Assembly (NCBI RefSeq): GCF_000315625.1 | Contig: NW_005434635.1 | Coordinates: 372,001 to 436,000, forward strand | From: Guillardia theta CCMP2712 | Lineage: Eukaryota; Protista; Cryptophyta | DNA length: 64,000 nt | Direction: 5' to 3' | Part shown: positions 38,417 to 49,957 of the stretch, in pieces | Layout: each line of letters starts with the position of its first letter | How positions within the stretch are numbered: the first letter of the stretch is position 1 | The notes under the pieces: model-generated | What the model saw: the letters and a program-made list of their open reading frames with translations, nothing else | Told to the model about the DNA's origin: nothing | Databases searched by the model: none | Position numbers and translations under genes: made by a program

Positions 38417-39430
38417 ATGTCATCCCATACTTCCAAACATCCTCCTCCTCCTCCTCCTCCCTCTAACTTTGCCATTCCAGAAATGACATTCCTGCCCCAT
38501 CTGCTCTTCCAGCCCATGGAATACCCTTCCATTCCCCAGGACGACCCCTCCGGCCTCCTTCCACCTCCCCCTCCCCCTCCCACCCCTGGCTCTCCTGGAC
38601 ACAAGCGTACCTCCTCAGACGCGCTCGAGCACTTGCAGCATACCACCGCCCGCGCCCTCAAGCTCCTCAGGCCCCAGGAGATCCCCAGCCCTGACGTCGC
38701 CGACACCCTCGACATCGACAACGTCTTCATTGCCGACTTTCCCTCCCAATGGCAGAAGCCCGTCGCGTCCCTCTCCACCCACGACCCCTCCCCGTCCTCG
38801 TCCTCCGCCTCCCCTTACCTCGACTCGGACCCTCGCTCCCCCTCCCCTCTTCCGTCGCTCGTCCAGGTCAAGCTCGGCGTGCTCCTCGAGTTCTCCGACA
38901 TGATCGTCGACCGCTCCTCGTTCTCCACAGGGTTCCTCACGTGCAACCGGACAAGCGCTTACGCTGCCTCCGCAAAGGGCCAGCTCTGCCTCGCCGTCCT
39001 TGACACCGTCATGCGCCGCCCTGCCTCCCAGCTCTTCTGCCTCCACGCCGGCCCCGCAGACAACGAATGCTTCCAGTTCAGCCTTCGCCCTCCAGCCAGC
39101 GGCCAGTACCTCATCAACGCCATGGCCTGGGATCTCGACTACAATGCCCATCAGCCCCCCGACATGCTCCAGCTGCAGCACCAGCTCATCGCCATCATTC
39201 GCCTCGCCAGGCCCGGTACCAAGCTCCGAGGTGACGCTGGTCCCCTCAAGACCTTCGAGAACATGCTCGACGACATCGGCATGGAGCCCGCCGACCCCCT
39301 CGGCGGCCTCTGCGCGTCTCTCATGCAGAGCGAGCAGGGAGCCTGGAGCCTCCTCGTCTCCCTCAAGTCCGTCCCGGCCGGGCAGCCGAGCAGCACCAGC
39401 CAGCTGACCGCCGCGCCTGTCCCTCAGTGA
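38417..39430 (+). CDS. Orphan protein, right copy (337 aa, intronless)
   Basis: Pro/Ser-rich N-terminus plus ~180-aa globular-looking C-terminal region; ORF intact in both copies. Confidence 0.7.
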   Translation: MSSHTSKHPPPPPPPSNFAIPEMTFLPHLLFQPMEYPSIPQDDPSGLLPPPPPPPTPGSPGHKRTSSDALEHLQHTTARALKLLRPQEIPSPDVADTLDIDNVFIADFPSQWQKPVASLSTHDPSPSSSSASPYLDSDPRSPSPLPSLVQVKLGVLLEFSDMIVDRSSFSTGFLTCNRTSAYAASAKGQLCLAVLDTVMRRPASQLFCLHAGPADNECFQFSLRPPASGQYLINAMAWDLDYNAHQPPDMLQLQHQLIAIIRLARPGTKLRGDAGPLKTFENMLDDIGMEPADPLGGLCASLMQSEQGAWSLLVSLKSVPAGQPSSTSQLTAAPVPQ

Positions 39431-40202
39431 GCTGCTCCTGCCTGGTCGACCCCTCCCCGTGCTCCCGCAAGGCGGGACTCAGGCGCTGCGGAGCTCCGGG
39501 CTGGTATGGGGACAAGCGACGACGTCGTCCTTGGAGGAGGGGGAGAGAGGAGAGAAGAAGAGAGGAGAAGAGGGCAGCAGCAGAGGCAGACGATGAATGA
39601 AAGGATGTACTGATGTACCAGCCCCAGCTGCATTCACGTAGAATTTGCCTCCTCTTTCCCTCTCTCCCGTATTTCATCCTCCTTTTGAAGCAAATTTCCC
39701 TCTCCGACTGGTTGCATCAACACTGCTCATAAACATGCCCTGCAATCACTTCACTGAGCATGTAACCATGCTTGTCTCTGCCATCATCGCTGTATTTCTT
39801 CTCGCCTCCATGTCGTCTCAGGTTGATCCTGTCTCCTTCATCCATTCAGCTTCTGTTCTCACCCTCAGCCCCGTCCCGTCCTGTCGCTTCCCCTCCCTCC
39901 TCCTGTTCCTCCCCTGCCATAACGAGCGGGTTTTTTTCTAATCCCGTTTTTCGATCCCCCGCCTCCCCGTCCTGAAAAAATTTCCACCGCCCCCACCGCC
40001 GCCTAACCTCCTTCCCTCCCTCCTCGCTCTTCCTCTCTTCCTCCCTCTCTCCCTCCCCCTCTCTCTCTCTCCCTCCTGTCTCTCTCCCTCCCTGCCTCCC
40101 TCCCTCCTGTCTCCCTCCCTCCCACCCTTTCCTCCCCCCCTCCCCCCTCCCCCCTCCCTCCCTCCCCTCCCCTCTCTCCCTCCCTCCCTGACTTCTCGCA
40201 CC

Positions 40203-40909
40203 ATGAAAGCGAGAGACAGGATCCTGCTTGCACTGGCGCTCGTCGTCGCGGGTTCCTGCAAGGAGACGCCTAGTGAGAGCTCATACTGGTCTTGCTCTTC
40301 CGCATCCTCCCCTTGCTTCCTCCGTTTCTCCCTCGCTGACAGCATCGCTACCCGCACTCCCCGTGGACTGCGCGCCATGCAACAGCTGGCATGCCTGACA
40401 AGACCGTCCAGAGTTTCGTGGAGGGGATCCGAGCATGCGGTTCTCTCGTCCCTCGAGGATCCATGCCGACAACTGTCTCCAGGGATCTACACGCGAGCAT
40501 GGCAGGATCACGACGTGGAGAATGAGGAGTGGATGAGCCTGATGAGACGCTTCCATGGGGAGAGGAGAGGAGGGGACAGGGAGGAGGAGGAGGAGGAGGA
40601 GGAGAGTATGTCCCGCTCCGCGAGGGTGCCTCCCTCTTCGAATTTGACGTTCTCGTTCCCTCCCATTGGATCTGAGACCCTCGTGGGAGTTGAGAACACT
40701 TTGAGCCAGCAGCCGTCAAGATTCTCCTATGTGCCCTTGCGTGAGGGGAGCGGTCGGAGGATCGCAGATGGGAGCCTGCTGGGATGGAGCGAGCAAGTCA
40801 GGAGGATGATCAGGCAGTCGCAAGGGATCGACAAGTCGGAGGGGGGAGGAGCATTCTCTTGATAGCAAGCAGCCTGACAGCAAAATTCGACGATTGCTCC
40901 AATCCTCCT

Positions 40910-40967
<58 letters not shown>

Positions 40968-42181
40968 ACGAACATTGCACTATCCACTACGAGTACACAA
41001 CGTTCTTTCTCATCCAGCGCCGTTCAGACGTCAAGGAAATTTATCAAGACCTCGGGAAGCGAGTCGAAGATCATGAAGTTCGTGGGCAAGGAAACACTCC
41101 ATCAAGGGTACCTCTTGCCTCCTTTTCCTCCTCCTCCTCCTCCTCCTCCTCCTCCTCCTCCACCACGACCTACTTCGTCCTCGTCTTCCTCTTGTTCTGA
41201 GGAGGATTATCAGGGGGTGGTTTTTTTTCTTTCGGGGGAAAGGGATACTCATCCCCCCCGGGGCAGAGGGGCACCATCAGCAGCCGCACACGCAGACTAC
41301 CACCTCATCCTCCTCCTCCTACACCAGCAGGTCGAGGTNNNNNNNNNNNNNNNNNNNNNNNNNNNNNNNNNNNNNNNNNNNNNNNNNNNNNNNNNNNNNN
41401 NNNNNNNNNNNNNNNNNNNNNNNNNNNNNNNNNNNNNNGGATTCGTTCCAAGTGAGCGAAGAGGCTCGCTTCGGAGGGAACGGTCAGTCTCCCTCCTCCT
41501 GCTCCTCTCTCCCTTCCGCTCCCTTCCCCCCCCCCCTTCCCCAGTTCCTCCTTCATGTTGTTGACGCTCCAACTCCCTCCTTGTTTGCTTCCTACTACTA
41601 CGGCGTCGTCTTCCCCCTCAACCCCGCTGCCCCGTCCTCCCCCTATCCCCCTCCACCTCTCTCTCTCCCTCTCCTCCCTCCTTGCAGCAATCTTTCCGCC
41701 CTGACGCTATCGAGAGTAACTTTCTCATGCAGACACCAGACTGATGGAACTCGCGGACCTCGAAGTTCCATCCTCCTCCCCGCATGCCAGGCAGTGTCTC
41801 TCCTCCTCCTACATCCCCATCAGGCAGGGTGAGACGAGCTACGTCGTCGTCCTCCCAGTCCACAGCAGATATCAACGTCCTTCCACCTCCCAGACGTCCC
41901 GTCCTGTCCTCGTCCCTGCTCCTCTGCTGAGCGTGCACTGCCCGGGGCAGGCAGCGGTGTCTCTTCCTACCTCAGTGAAGAAGCAGCAGCAGCACCAGCG
42001 CGAGGAGGAGGATGAAGATTCTTTCCTGCGCTGGCAGATCCCTGTCGGAAGAACAGGCGACCTCGGCCTCACCATCGCCTTCACCCTCCTTATCACGAGC
42101 GTCGGGACGACGTTGGCCATGGCGGTCATGGCGCGCCCACTAGGGGCCTCGGACGTGGTGAGGAGGATCGTCAGGGCATGA
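40203..42181 (+). CDS. PIGX: GPI mannosyltransferase I subunit PIG-X/PBN1-like (multi-exon, spans a gap)
   Basis: Signal peptide MKARDRILLALALVVAG; C-terminal DLEVPS..LPVHSRYQRP..PAPLLSVHC..WQIPVG..DL..TLLIT followed by a TM helix. Confidence 0.7.
40912..40967. repeat. (CCTGCT)n microsatellite
   Basis: Tandem copies. Confidence 0.9.
41339..41438. other. Assembly gap (100 N)
   Basis: Run of N. Confidence 1.
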
Positions 42182-42280
42182 GAGGAGAGTAAAGTACACC
42201 TTGTTGTATCACGAGCAGGAAGGGAGAGGAGGAGAGGAGCTGCAGGAGGAAGGGAGGAGCACCTGGGCAGGTGGGAGCGC

Positions 42281-45117
42281 TCACGGGACTCCTGCTCCTC
42301 CTGATCTCTTGCCAATCCCCGTCACCTTGAGCGTTCCGTCTTTGGTGAGGACAGCAGTGCACGAGTCCATGGAGATGTATCCGCCGTTCCTCAGATTCTG
42401 CGGTCACGATGTGAGGAGTAGGAGGAGAAGGAAGTTGTGGTGGCTGAAGGAAAGCAGAGAAAGGACCGGGGGGAGGTGGTCAGGATAAGTTGCTAGAGGA
42501 GATGATGATTATGAGGAGAGGTAAAAGGACCTTGGCAAAGTAGGTCTGAGAGACGTTGAATGTGGCTGACGGGTTGTTGATGGCAAACGTGTTGCCCTGA
42601 GCCTCGGGGAAGATCCGCTTGAAAAGCTCCTCGTCCACGTTGGCGGAAGATGCAGAGATGTTCCTCGGAGCTGCCTTGACGTCTACAAACCAGTGAGAGG
42701 AGGAGACACAGGAAACCAGGAAGTGGACAGAGGAACGCGAGGGGCAGAGCGAGGGTGGTTCGAGGAGGAGGGCAGTGGGAACGAGAACGAGCAGCAGGAG
42801 GAGGAGAGGGGAGGAGCTGGAGAGGTGGGAGGGAAACTAGAGCAAGAAATGAGAAGCATCAGAAGCTCACGTGGCAAGTGAATGATCTGTTCTCTTAGCG
42901 CCTTCGCCAGCGCCTTCTTGACCGTCTTGACCTGCACCTCACTCTGCTGGTGCTTCTGCTGCGTCTCCTGCGCCATGCGGTGCCCCTGCCTTGCCTTGTC
43001 GTCCCAAAGTCTCCCGATCTCCTGGATGAGCCCAACGCAGGTCTCCACGCACTCCCTGTACTCCCGAGCATGCGCGAGCAGCTCGTCGTCCTTCCTCGAC
43101 TTCGCCATCCTCCGAAGTTCATGGCAGAGCCGCCGGTCGGCCTCGTCCCCCTCCAGTCGTTTCTGCAAGCTCGCAGCAGCGTCGATCGCTGCCTCTAACT
43201 CCTGCGACTTGTCCATCGCCCCAGCACGCAGGACAGCCCCGTACTTGCGGTTGAAGACTTCACACGAGGCCAACACCCGTCTCAGCTCGTCGAGGTCCTG
43301 CAGGTACGCTGCTCGCCGAAGCTTCTCCAGCACCACCCCTGACTCATGCGCTCCTGCCTGCAGCGTGAGGGATCGGGAGATGTGGGTGGCCGACTGTAGG
43401 CAGCTAGAGAGCTCCTGGAAGGACTGAGCGAGGTTGTCGGACGTGTCATACTGCAGGGCCTCGGGGGAGTAGTGAAGCTTCTGCCCCGGCTGCACTTTGC
43501 GCTGGACCTCCTCGATGAGCAGCCGCAGAGGCTCTTCTGCTCCGTCGTCAACAGCCTGCCGCAGCCTGTTCGAGTAGTCCTGCATCTCCCACAAAGCGAC
43601 CTCCCTCATCTGATCAGCGTAGATCTCACTCTCCCGCGCGTATCGGTTCGCGTCCTCCCTCGCCGCATGCTCCCACCGCCTGTGGAGATCGCTCTCGCAA
43701 CCAGCTCGATCCCACTCGGCCCTCGCGTGCCTCCCTGCCTCTCCTGGATTTCTTCCCTCGGCTTTCGCCTGGTCCATGCAGAACTCTTTGTACATGATGT
43801 AGGGCGAGCGAGCAGGTTCCGGCGCCTTGGGCTCGGGAGGCTTCGGTCCCATGCTTGACCATCGCGGGCGCTTGTTCAGCTCGTCGTGATAGGCATGTCC
43901 ATGAGGCTCCAGCTGCAGCTCATCCATCCTCCGCTTCCCGCTGTCCATTAGGACGGACGAGGCTCCTCCCATCATGGGATCTCGCTGCGACGCGAAGAGA
44001 GCGTGCGCAAAGGAGCCCGGGCCCGGAGCAGGACCGAGCATGTTGTTCGAAGGGTTCGGCTGCGGCGGCATCGCGTGGTTGAAGCCAAAGGGAATCGAGG
44101 GGAGATTGGCACTGACACTGAGAGGAAGGTTTGGGAGGATGGGGCCGTTGGAGCCGCCCTGCCATCCACCGTATCCGCCTTGAGCAGAGGGGCACGCCTC
44201 AAACTTGAGAGAGTTCGTCCCTGCTACTGCTGAAGATTGTAAACTTGCAAAGGCCGCTGGAAGGTTGTCCCTGGCCAGGTTGACAAACTCCGCAAGCTTT
44301 TCCAGGAGTCCCAGGATCTGAGGAGAAGGTGAGAGGAGGGGAAAGAAGAGGAGGGAGGAGGGAGGAGGGAGGAGGGAGGAGGGAGGAGGGAGGAGGGAGG
44401 AGGAGAAAGCTTCACCTGTCTCCTTTCAGTGGGTGTGAAGTTGGGGCTACAGATTGAAGACGGCATCAGCATTCCATTCTGCCACAGGTACCAACCTCAT
44501 TAGGTAGGGGGAGCTCTAACAAGCGCACGAGGACGAACCTGGAGGTGAAGCTTCCGCAGCCCATCTACATCTATCAGCTCCCACCTGCAGCAACTCTCAG
44601 AACACCGTAGGATTCCAACGACAAGCCGAAACCTGCTCTCCTTCCTCTTCTTCTTGAGCCACTCCCTCACGGACCCATCGGGGTAGTAGGAGGCCGGAAC
44701 CTCTCCTACTTCGACGAGGTTCTCTGATATTCCTGCGGTCCTCCTGATGTTCCTCCATGACGGGGATCCCCCCTGACTCCCGAGGAAGTCAACAAGCGGC
44801 TGGATGGCCACGAAGGAGCGCTGGGTAACTCGGCTCTCGAGTACAGGGGGCACGTACGCCGAGATGATGGGGAGGCGGTGAGCGCCAACTGAGAAGGAGA
44901 AAGGAACAAGTCGCAGCTCTCTCCAATGGTACTTCCTGTAGGACAGGTCCATCATCCCGTCGTCTGCGTCGACTCGTCCACTCCGATCATGCGAGCCGTC
45001 ATGCACAACGTCGGTGTCGTGATCCATGCCTCCATGGTGCCCATCGACGTCGAGGCCGCCAGAAGCATCTACGTGTTGTCCCTCGAGAGAGACGGGACCT
45101 GCTCCTCCTGCCTCCAT
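42281..45117 (-). CDS. HMG-box protein with helical/coiled-coil C-terminal region and possible antirepressor-like N-terminal domain (multi-exon)
   Basis: HMG-box-like PEPARSPYIMYKEFCMDQAKAEGRNPGEAGRHARAEWDRA...RRWEHAAREDANRYARESEIY; last exon NLRNGGYISMDSCTAVLTKDGTLKVTGIGKRSGGAGVP*. Confidence 0.65.
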
Positions 45118-45801
45118 CTCTTGTTCAATCTTCTTCCTCACACCCTACCATCCACAAGCTCCCTGGCCTGTTCAAATTGTCAATGGCGGGAACACCCAGG
45201 GTGCGATGGGGCGGCAGAGCAAGCACAGGCAGTGACAAGGAGCGGTCAAGGGAGCATGGATGTTGTCTTGTCGCATCATCTTCATCGTCGTCGTGTCATC
45301 ATTATCAACATCAACCGCGTACACATGTAGCGACGTACTGACCTGGTCCCCTCCCACCATGGTGCCCTGTCTCTGAGGCGGATTGTTCTTGAACAAACCC
45401 TACCCCCATGACCCCTTTCATCCAGGAATATGGCATGACACCCCTCCCTTTGTCACAAAATTATCCTAGAAGTGACCCGGTAATGAAACCCATTTATGGA
45501 CCCCTACCCCCTGCAGAAGGTCAGCTAAAAACGATGTACAAAGTTGTACTGGCATCCTCTTTGTACCCAAATATCAAATACTTATAACTGTTTCATATAT
45601 ACTTTTAAACTGATACTAATTTTTATCATATATATTATCTTATTTAATTATGTTGTAGCAAATGTTGGAAGTATATATTCAAAGTAACAGAATTCATCGT
45701 ACATAAATATTAGTATTAAAAAACAAACATTACAAATATTAAAACAAATTTTTATGTTTACAAGTAGAGAGATCAGCGGAAGACGAGCTCCGCGATCAGC
45801 C

Positions 45802-46922
45802 ATGGAGGTAAGCGGGAAGGAACGGGGGAGGGGACTGGGCGGAGGATCAGGAGAAGCTGGGGGAGATTAGGAGGAAGAAAGAATTTTATGTGGGAGTGAG
45901 GCAGGAATGGTGAGCATAACATGCGAAATACAACACATTAGACCAGTTCAGCTTTGGTTCCCTGTATTGAGACAAAGGTTGTAATGAGCCTATTTCCCAC
46001 TTCAACACCATAGTCGATGCGATGAGCGAACAGAAGACTTGACCTTTCTGTATGAAACTATTTGTTGTTGCTGCCTCCATGCACATGGTTGATCTCGTGA
46101 ATTCTGCTACTCTATCTCAATTTGGGAGAAAAGGTGTATCCTGTGAAACGTTGAAATGATCGCAATTTGTTGCGTTTTGACACAGTCAGTCACCTGTGTT
46201 CGCTGCCTCTGATCGCACAAAACTCACTCAGTCTAAAAATTTCTGTTTTTCACCCAAGAATACTTGATGCCACCAGGCAGTCTCTGACAAATTCTTCCCT
46301 TGTGAAACTTCTTCAATTTTTTTCTGAATGACAATTGTTGCAGTACGACGATGGGACTAAGGCAAGAGCAAGAGACGGATCCGCGTTGCTTGTGGGTCCT
46401 GTCCTCTATGCAACCAACAAGTGATATTCATCATCTATGCTTTTGGATGCAATCTTGACTCGCTGTAAGGCACATTGAGGAGAGCTGCAATCTGTGAACA
46501 AGTTCTTCATGCAGTGCAAGCAAGATGATAGAAATCCCAGTGAGTATTGTCTGTTGATCGGATGGATTTCCTTCATTTCACTTTCCAAAACTTTCATCAA
46601 ACTGCTGTCTCTCTGAATTTATTCTGCCTTCAGGATCTTGTTTGAATCAAGGCAAGGAGGTCATTGATTGTGTCAATAGAGTGAGTGTTGTATGGCGTGT
46701 TGGTCTGGCTGACATGACTTCTCAGGTAGTGCGCAGTGTCGATGCAAAATGTCCAGCTCAGCTCACGGCATATGCTCGTTGTATGGATAAAAACCACTGC
46801 CATTTTGAAAAGGTATGTTTGCTTGCTACTGCTGCACTTGTGTTGCATAATAGGGTATGACGATGGTGTCACAGTGTCGTGAAGAGCAAGCAGCCTTGGA
46901 AAGTTGCATGCCGCTCAACTGA
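45802..46922 (+). CDS. NDUFA8: NADH dehydrogenase 1 alpha subcomplex subunit 8 (twin CX9C); apparent 1-nt frameshift near 46490
   Basis: Spliced: ME|YDDGTKARARDGSALLVGPVLYATNKHIEESC(x)SVNKFFMQCKQDDRNP.SCLNQGKEVIDCVNRVVRSVDAKCPAQLTAYARCMDKNHCHFEKCREEQAALESCMPLN*; not in the ORF track; first exon tentative. Confidence 0.8.
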
Positions 46923-46969
46923 GCAAAACTAAATGGATCTGTTGGAGTTTCTTCGGCAGTGGCATGGCA

Positions 46970-47824
46970 TCGTCAGGAATGGTCTACATCGCCCAGGCGG
47001 CACCTGCTCAAACATGCACGGATCGAGTGAGCGAGCCTACAACATTACTTCAATCATGGAACTCGTATAGATGTTGTTCGAGTGTCGGATTTGAAGCACC
47101 CCATCTTTTGCTTGTCACATTTTCTTTTCTGATAAGTGAATTTAGCTGTTTTCTACAAGGGTCGAGATGATCTGATCGAAGAGACATGTCGCGCGTAACC
47201 TTGATTATGACGTATTGAGCTTCTGAGACCGTCAATCTCCTCCTCCACCTCTTTACACTTGTTCTGTAGGGACGTTGACTTCAGTTGGCTTTCATGGGCC
47301 CGAGCTTCAAGTGTAGTCCTTCGCAAGTCCAAACGTTTGAGCTTGAGAGTGCACAGTCTGATCCTTTCCTTTACCTGCTCAGACTCGCTCTCCACAGACA
47401 CGATAGTGTGCTCTGCAGAGTCAATGTCCTCCATCAACCTCTTGTTGGCCTGTTCGGTCTGGCTGACCGAGGCCTTGCACGCATCGTGCTCGCTCCGAAC
47501 CTCATGAGCTTTGGTTCGTAGCTCGTCATGCATGCTATCACAATCTCTTGCGTGTAGTTCGTTCAAGCCCTTGTAAATCTCAGCAAACCGACCCTTCACT
47601 TGACTTGTTCTCTGTTCGTGCTCCAACTCCAGCATCCCACGTTGAAATTCGCTCATGCATAGCGATGCTCGCAGACGATCGCAGTCCTGTTGCAACTCTT
47701 TCATGATGAGTTGGAGCCTTCGTATCTGCCATGCATGCTCCTCGCCCACTAGCTCATCGTCCTCGTCCTCGTCCTCGCCATCGGCTCGCGTCCCTGCTCT
47801 CCTCGATTCGCACACCTCCATCAT
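46970..47824 (-). CDS. Coiled-coil protein of unknown function (3' end approximate)
   Basis: Long heptad-rich E/Q/K/R/L ORF (47153-47896). Confidence 0.55.
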
Positions 47825-48039
47825 CAGTCCGTTGAAAGCACCATCAACCCTACTACCCCTCCATACAAATATTTTCTCACCCCAACTCGAACACAAAAAC
47901 TGCCCTTAGACTTATCACCCCCTCCATGCAGAAGCAAATCCCTACAAAACAAGGGGATCAAACACACCATCATGTCAGATAACCCCTGTTCAAAGTACCC
48001 TACCCCGGTGTACCAGCAAGGAGCTGAGCCCGCATCCCT

Positions 48040-48700
48040 ACTACGGGCTGGCGGCGCAGACTCGGCGGCCCCCGGCCCCGGGCCGCCCGCCGGCGGGCCG
48101 GGCGGCGGTGCCGCTGCACTGCGAGCGGCGCAGTGCCGGACTCGGCGTCCGGGGCCGGCGGCCGCTATGCCTGCGGGGGCGGCCGGCGGCGTGCGGCCGC
48201 CAGGCCCGCGTGCGGCGGCGGGCCCGGTCACCCGGGCCCGGTGCGGCCGCCCGCCGCAGGCCGGCCGGGGCCCGGCCCGCGGCTGAGCCCAGGCTCCGGG
48301 AATCCTGAGTGCGGGGCCCCAGTGGCAACCTGGACAGTACAGTACTACGGTACCGGCGGTTAGAATTTATTATCCTGAGACCGTGGCACGCCGGGTGAAA
48401 CTTCAACTTGATTAAACTTTTGCTGCGGCCCTCTGTGCCGGCTCCCGGGTCGGTCAGGGCCTTCGGAAGGTACGGCCCGGTCTGTGCCACTGAGCGGCCG
48501 GCCCGGCCGGTCCGACTGCGGCGGCCCGGCCCGGGCCTCCGAGCGGCCCGGGGCCCGGCCGCGCCCGCCGCGGGAGCCTGCAGTGCGGCCGGGCGCTCAG
48601 GCACTGAGTGCCCGGCCCCCCGGCGCTGAACTTCCCGGCGAAAATTCAATCGCCCCGCCGTTTGAACGGTCAAGTTGGTAAGATCACTGCACTTTGATCA
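48040..48700. repeat. GC-rich palindromic intergenic island
   Basis: Dense ccggcc/gggccc/gcggccgc, agtactacggtaccg (48341-48355), aacttcaactt. Confidence 0.7.
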
Positions 48701-48713
48701 GCCGCTGAGCCGC

Positions 48714-49830
48714 ATGCCATGCCGCCATGATGACCCGGCGTACAGTCACGACGTCTCCTCACCGTCACGAGCCTGTTGCGCCGAGCCTCGCCTGGAGTTG
48801 TCTTCGAGGCTCTGCAGGCCTTGTGCAAGCCCTCCAGGTGCGAGGAACCAGCGGGAGAATGGTAGGCAGCGCTTAGGAGGTCCTAGAACCTCCTACGAGC
48901 TGGAAGGAGCAACAAAAAACGTCAATGGTTGCCAGCTGGGGATGTGGTGGGGAATTCAACCTTGTCTCTGTATCTCTCGGCGATCTCGAGCTCTGTCATC
49001 TGGCAAAGAGTCTCACTGATCTGCTGGAAAAGAGCTGGGCAAGGCTCGAAAGCTACCTTAGATCCTTCAACCTTCCTGTCGGACCTCACAAGCTCGACGG
49101 TGTAGACGCGCTCGAGCACTGGCAGAGGGTGAGGAGGAGGCGAGCAGAGGCGTGAGAAGGTACCCTGCCCCCCAGACGAGGTCTGCTGCACTGCCGCTCT
49201 CTTGAGGGTCATACTAACTGAGAAAGGAGATGAGAGGTAGACGGCCAACAAGGAGACAAGAAGAGGGACGAGGAGAAGAGGGGGGGAGGCGCGGGAGGGA
49301 GGAGCTAAGGAGCCAAAGAGAAAGAGGAGCGGAGGCGTGAGCTACCTTTGGAGCCTCTTGGGCCGAGCACGGCGTCTGCCAGCTCCTGGGGCGTCATGTC
49401 GACCACAGCGTTGCCTGCATCAAGTTGACCCTGCGTTCACTCGTTGGCTGCTCGTCACCTCCGACAGCCAGCAGGATGTCTCCTTTCTCGACATTCCCCT
49501 GCAGAAACGAATGGGAACGTCAGTCCAGTCCATGAGCTGCTGCTGCTGCTGCATGGGAGGGAGAGGGAAAAGTTGGATAGGGTGAGCAAGAGCGAAGACC
49601 TCGATGCTCGCGGGAGATCCAGGTATGATCGTTGCCACCTACAGAGAAGCTCTTAACATGCCGCGCGGAGGAGGAGGCGATCATACTTCATACTCCCTGA
49701 AGCTATTCTTCTTGACCATGATCCCAACCCCCTCCATCCTGACATCATCATCACTCACGCTCAACCCCAACAGACGCGTTGACCCACTTCATGACTCGAC
49801 GGAGAGCTACTTTAGCCTCGTTCATCAAGG
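48714..49830 (+). CDS. Hypothetical multi-exon protein
   Basis: Open coding-like segments (e.g. FNLVSVSLGDLELCHLAKSLTDLLEKSWARLESYLRSF) flanked by GT/AG; frame not fully resolved. Confidence 0.35.
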
Positions 49831-49957
49831 TTGGGTCAACCTGCAACATCATCACAACCACTGCAATCTCCCTCCTCCTCTTGCTCCCCCTCCTCGTCTT
49901 CGTCCTGGTCTTCCTCGTCCTCTTCCTCTTCCTCTTCCTCTTCCTCCTCTTCGTGTC

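Larger units (their letters stand above)
36153..39631. repeat. Long inverted duplication: arms 36153-37377 and 38362-39631, spacer ~985 bp
   Basis: Arms are near-identical reverse complements (gcagctggggctggtacatc... / ...gatgtaccagccccagctgc). Confidence 0.95.

Noticed and set aside
36153-39631. Inverted repeat as a DNA transposon with long TIRs
   Set aside because: No target-site duplication, no transposase motif, and the spacer is promoter-like
47824-48681. Overlapping Ala/Gly/Pro/Arg-rich ORFs (similar ones at 62306-62768)
   Set aside because: Stop-poor artefacts of the GC-rich islands
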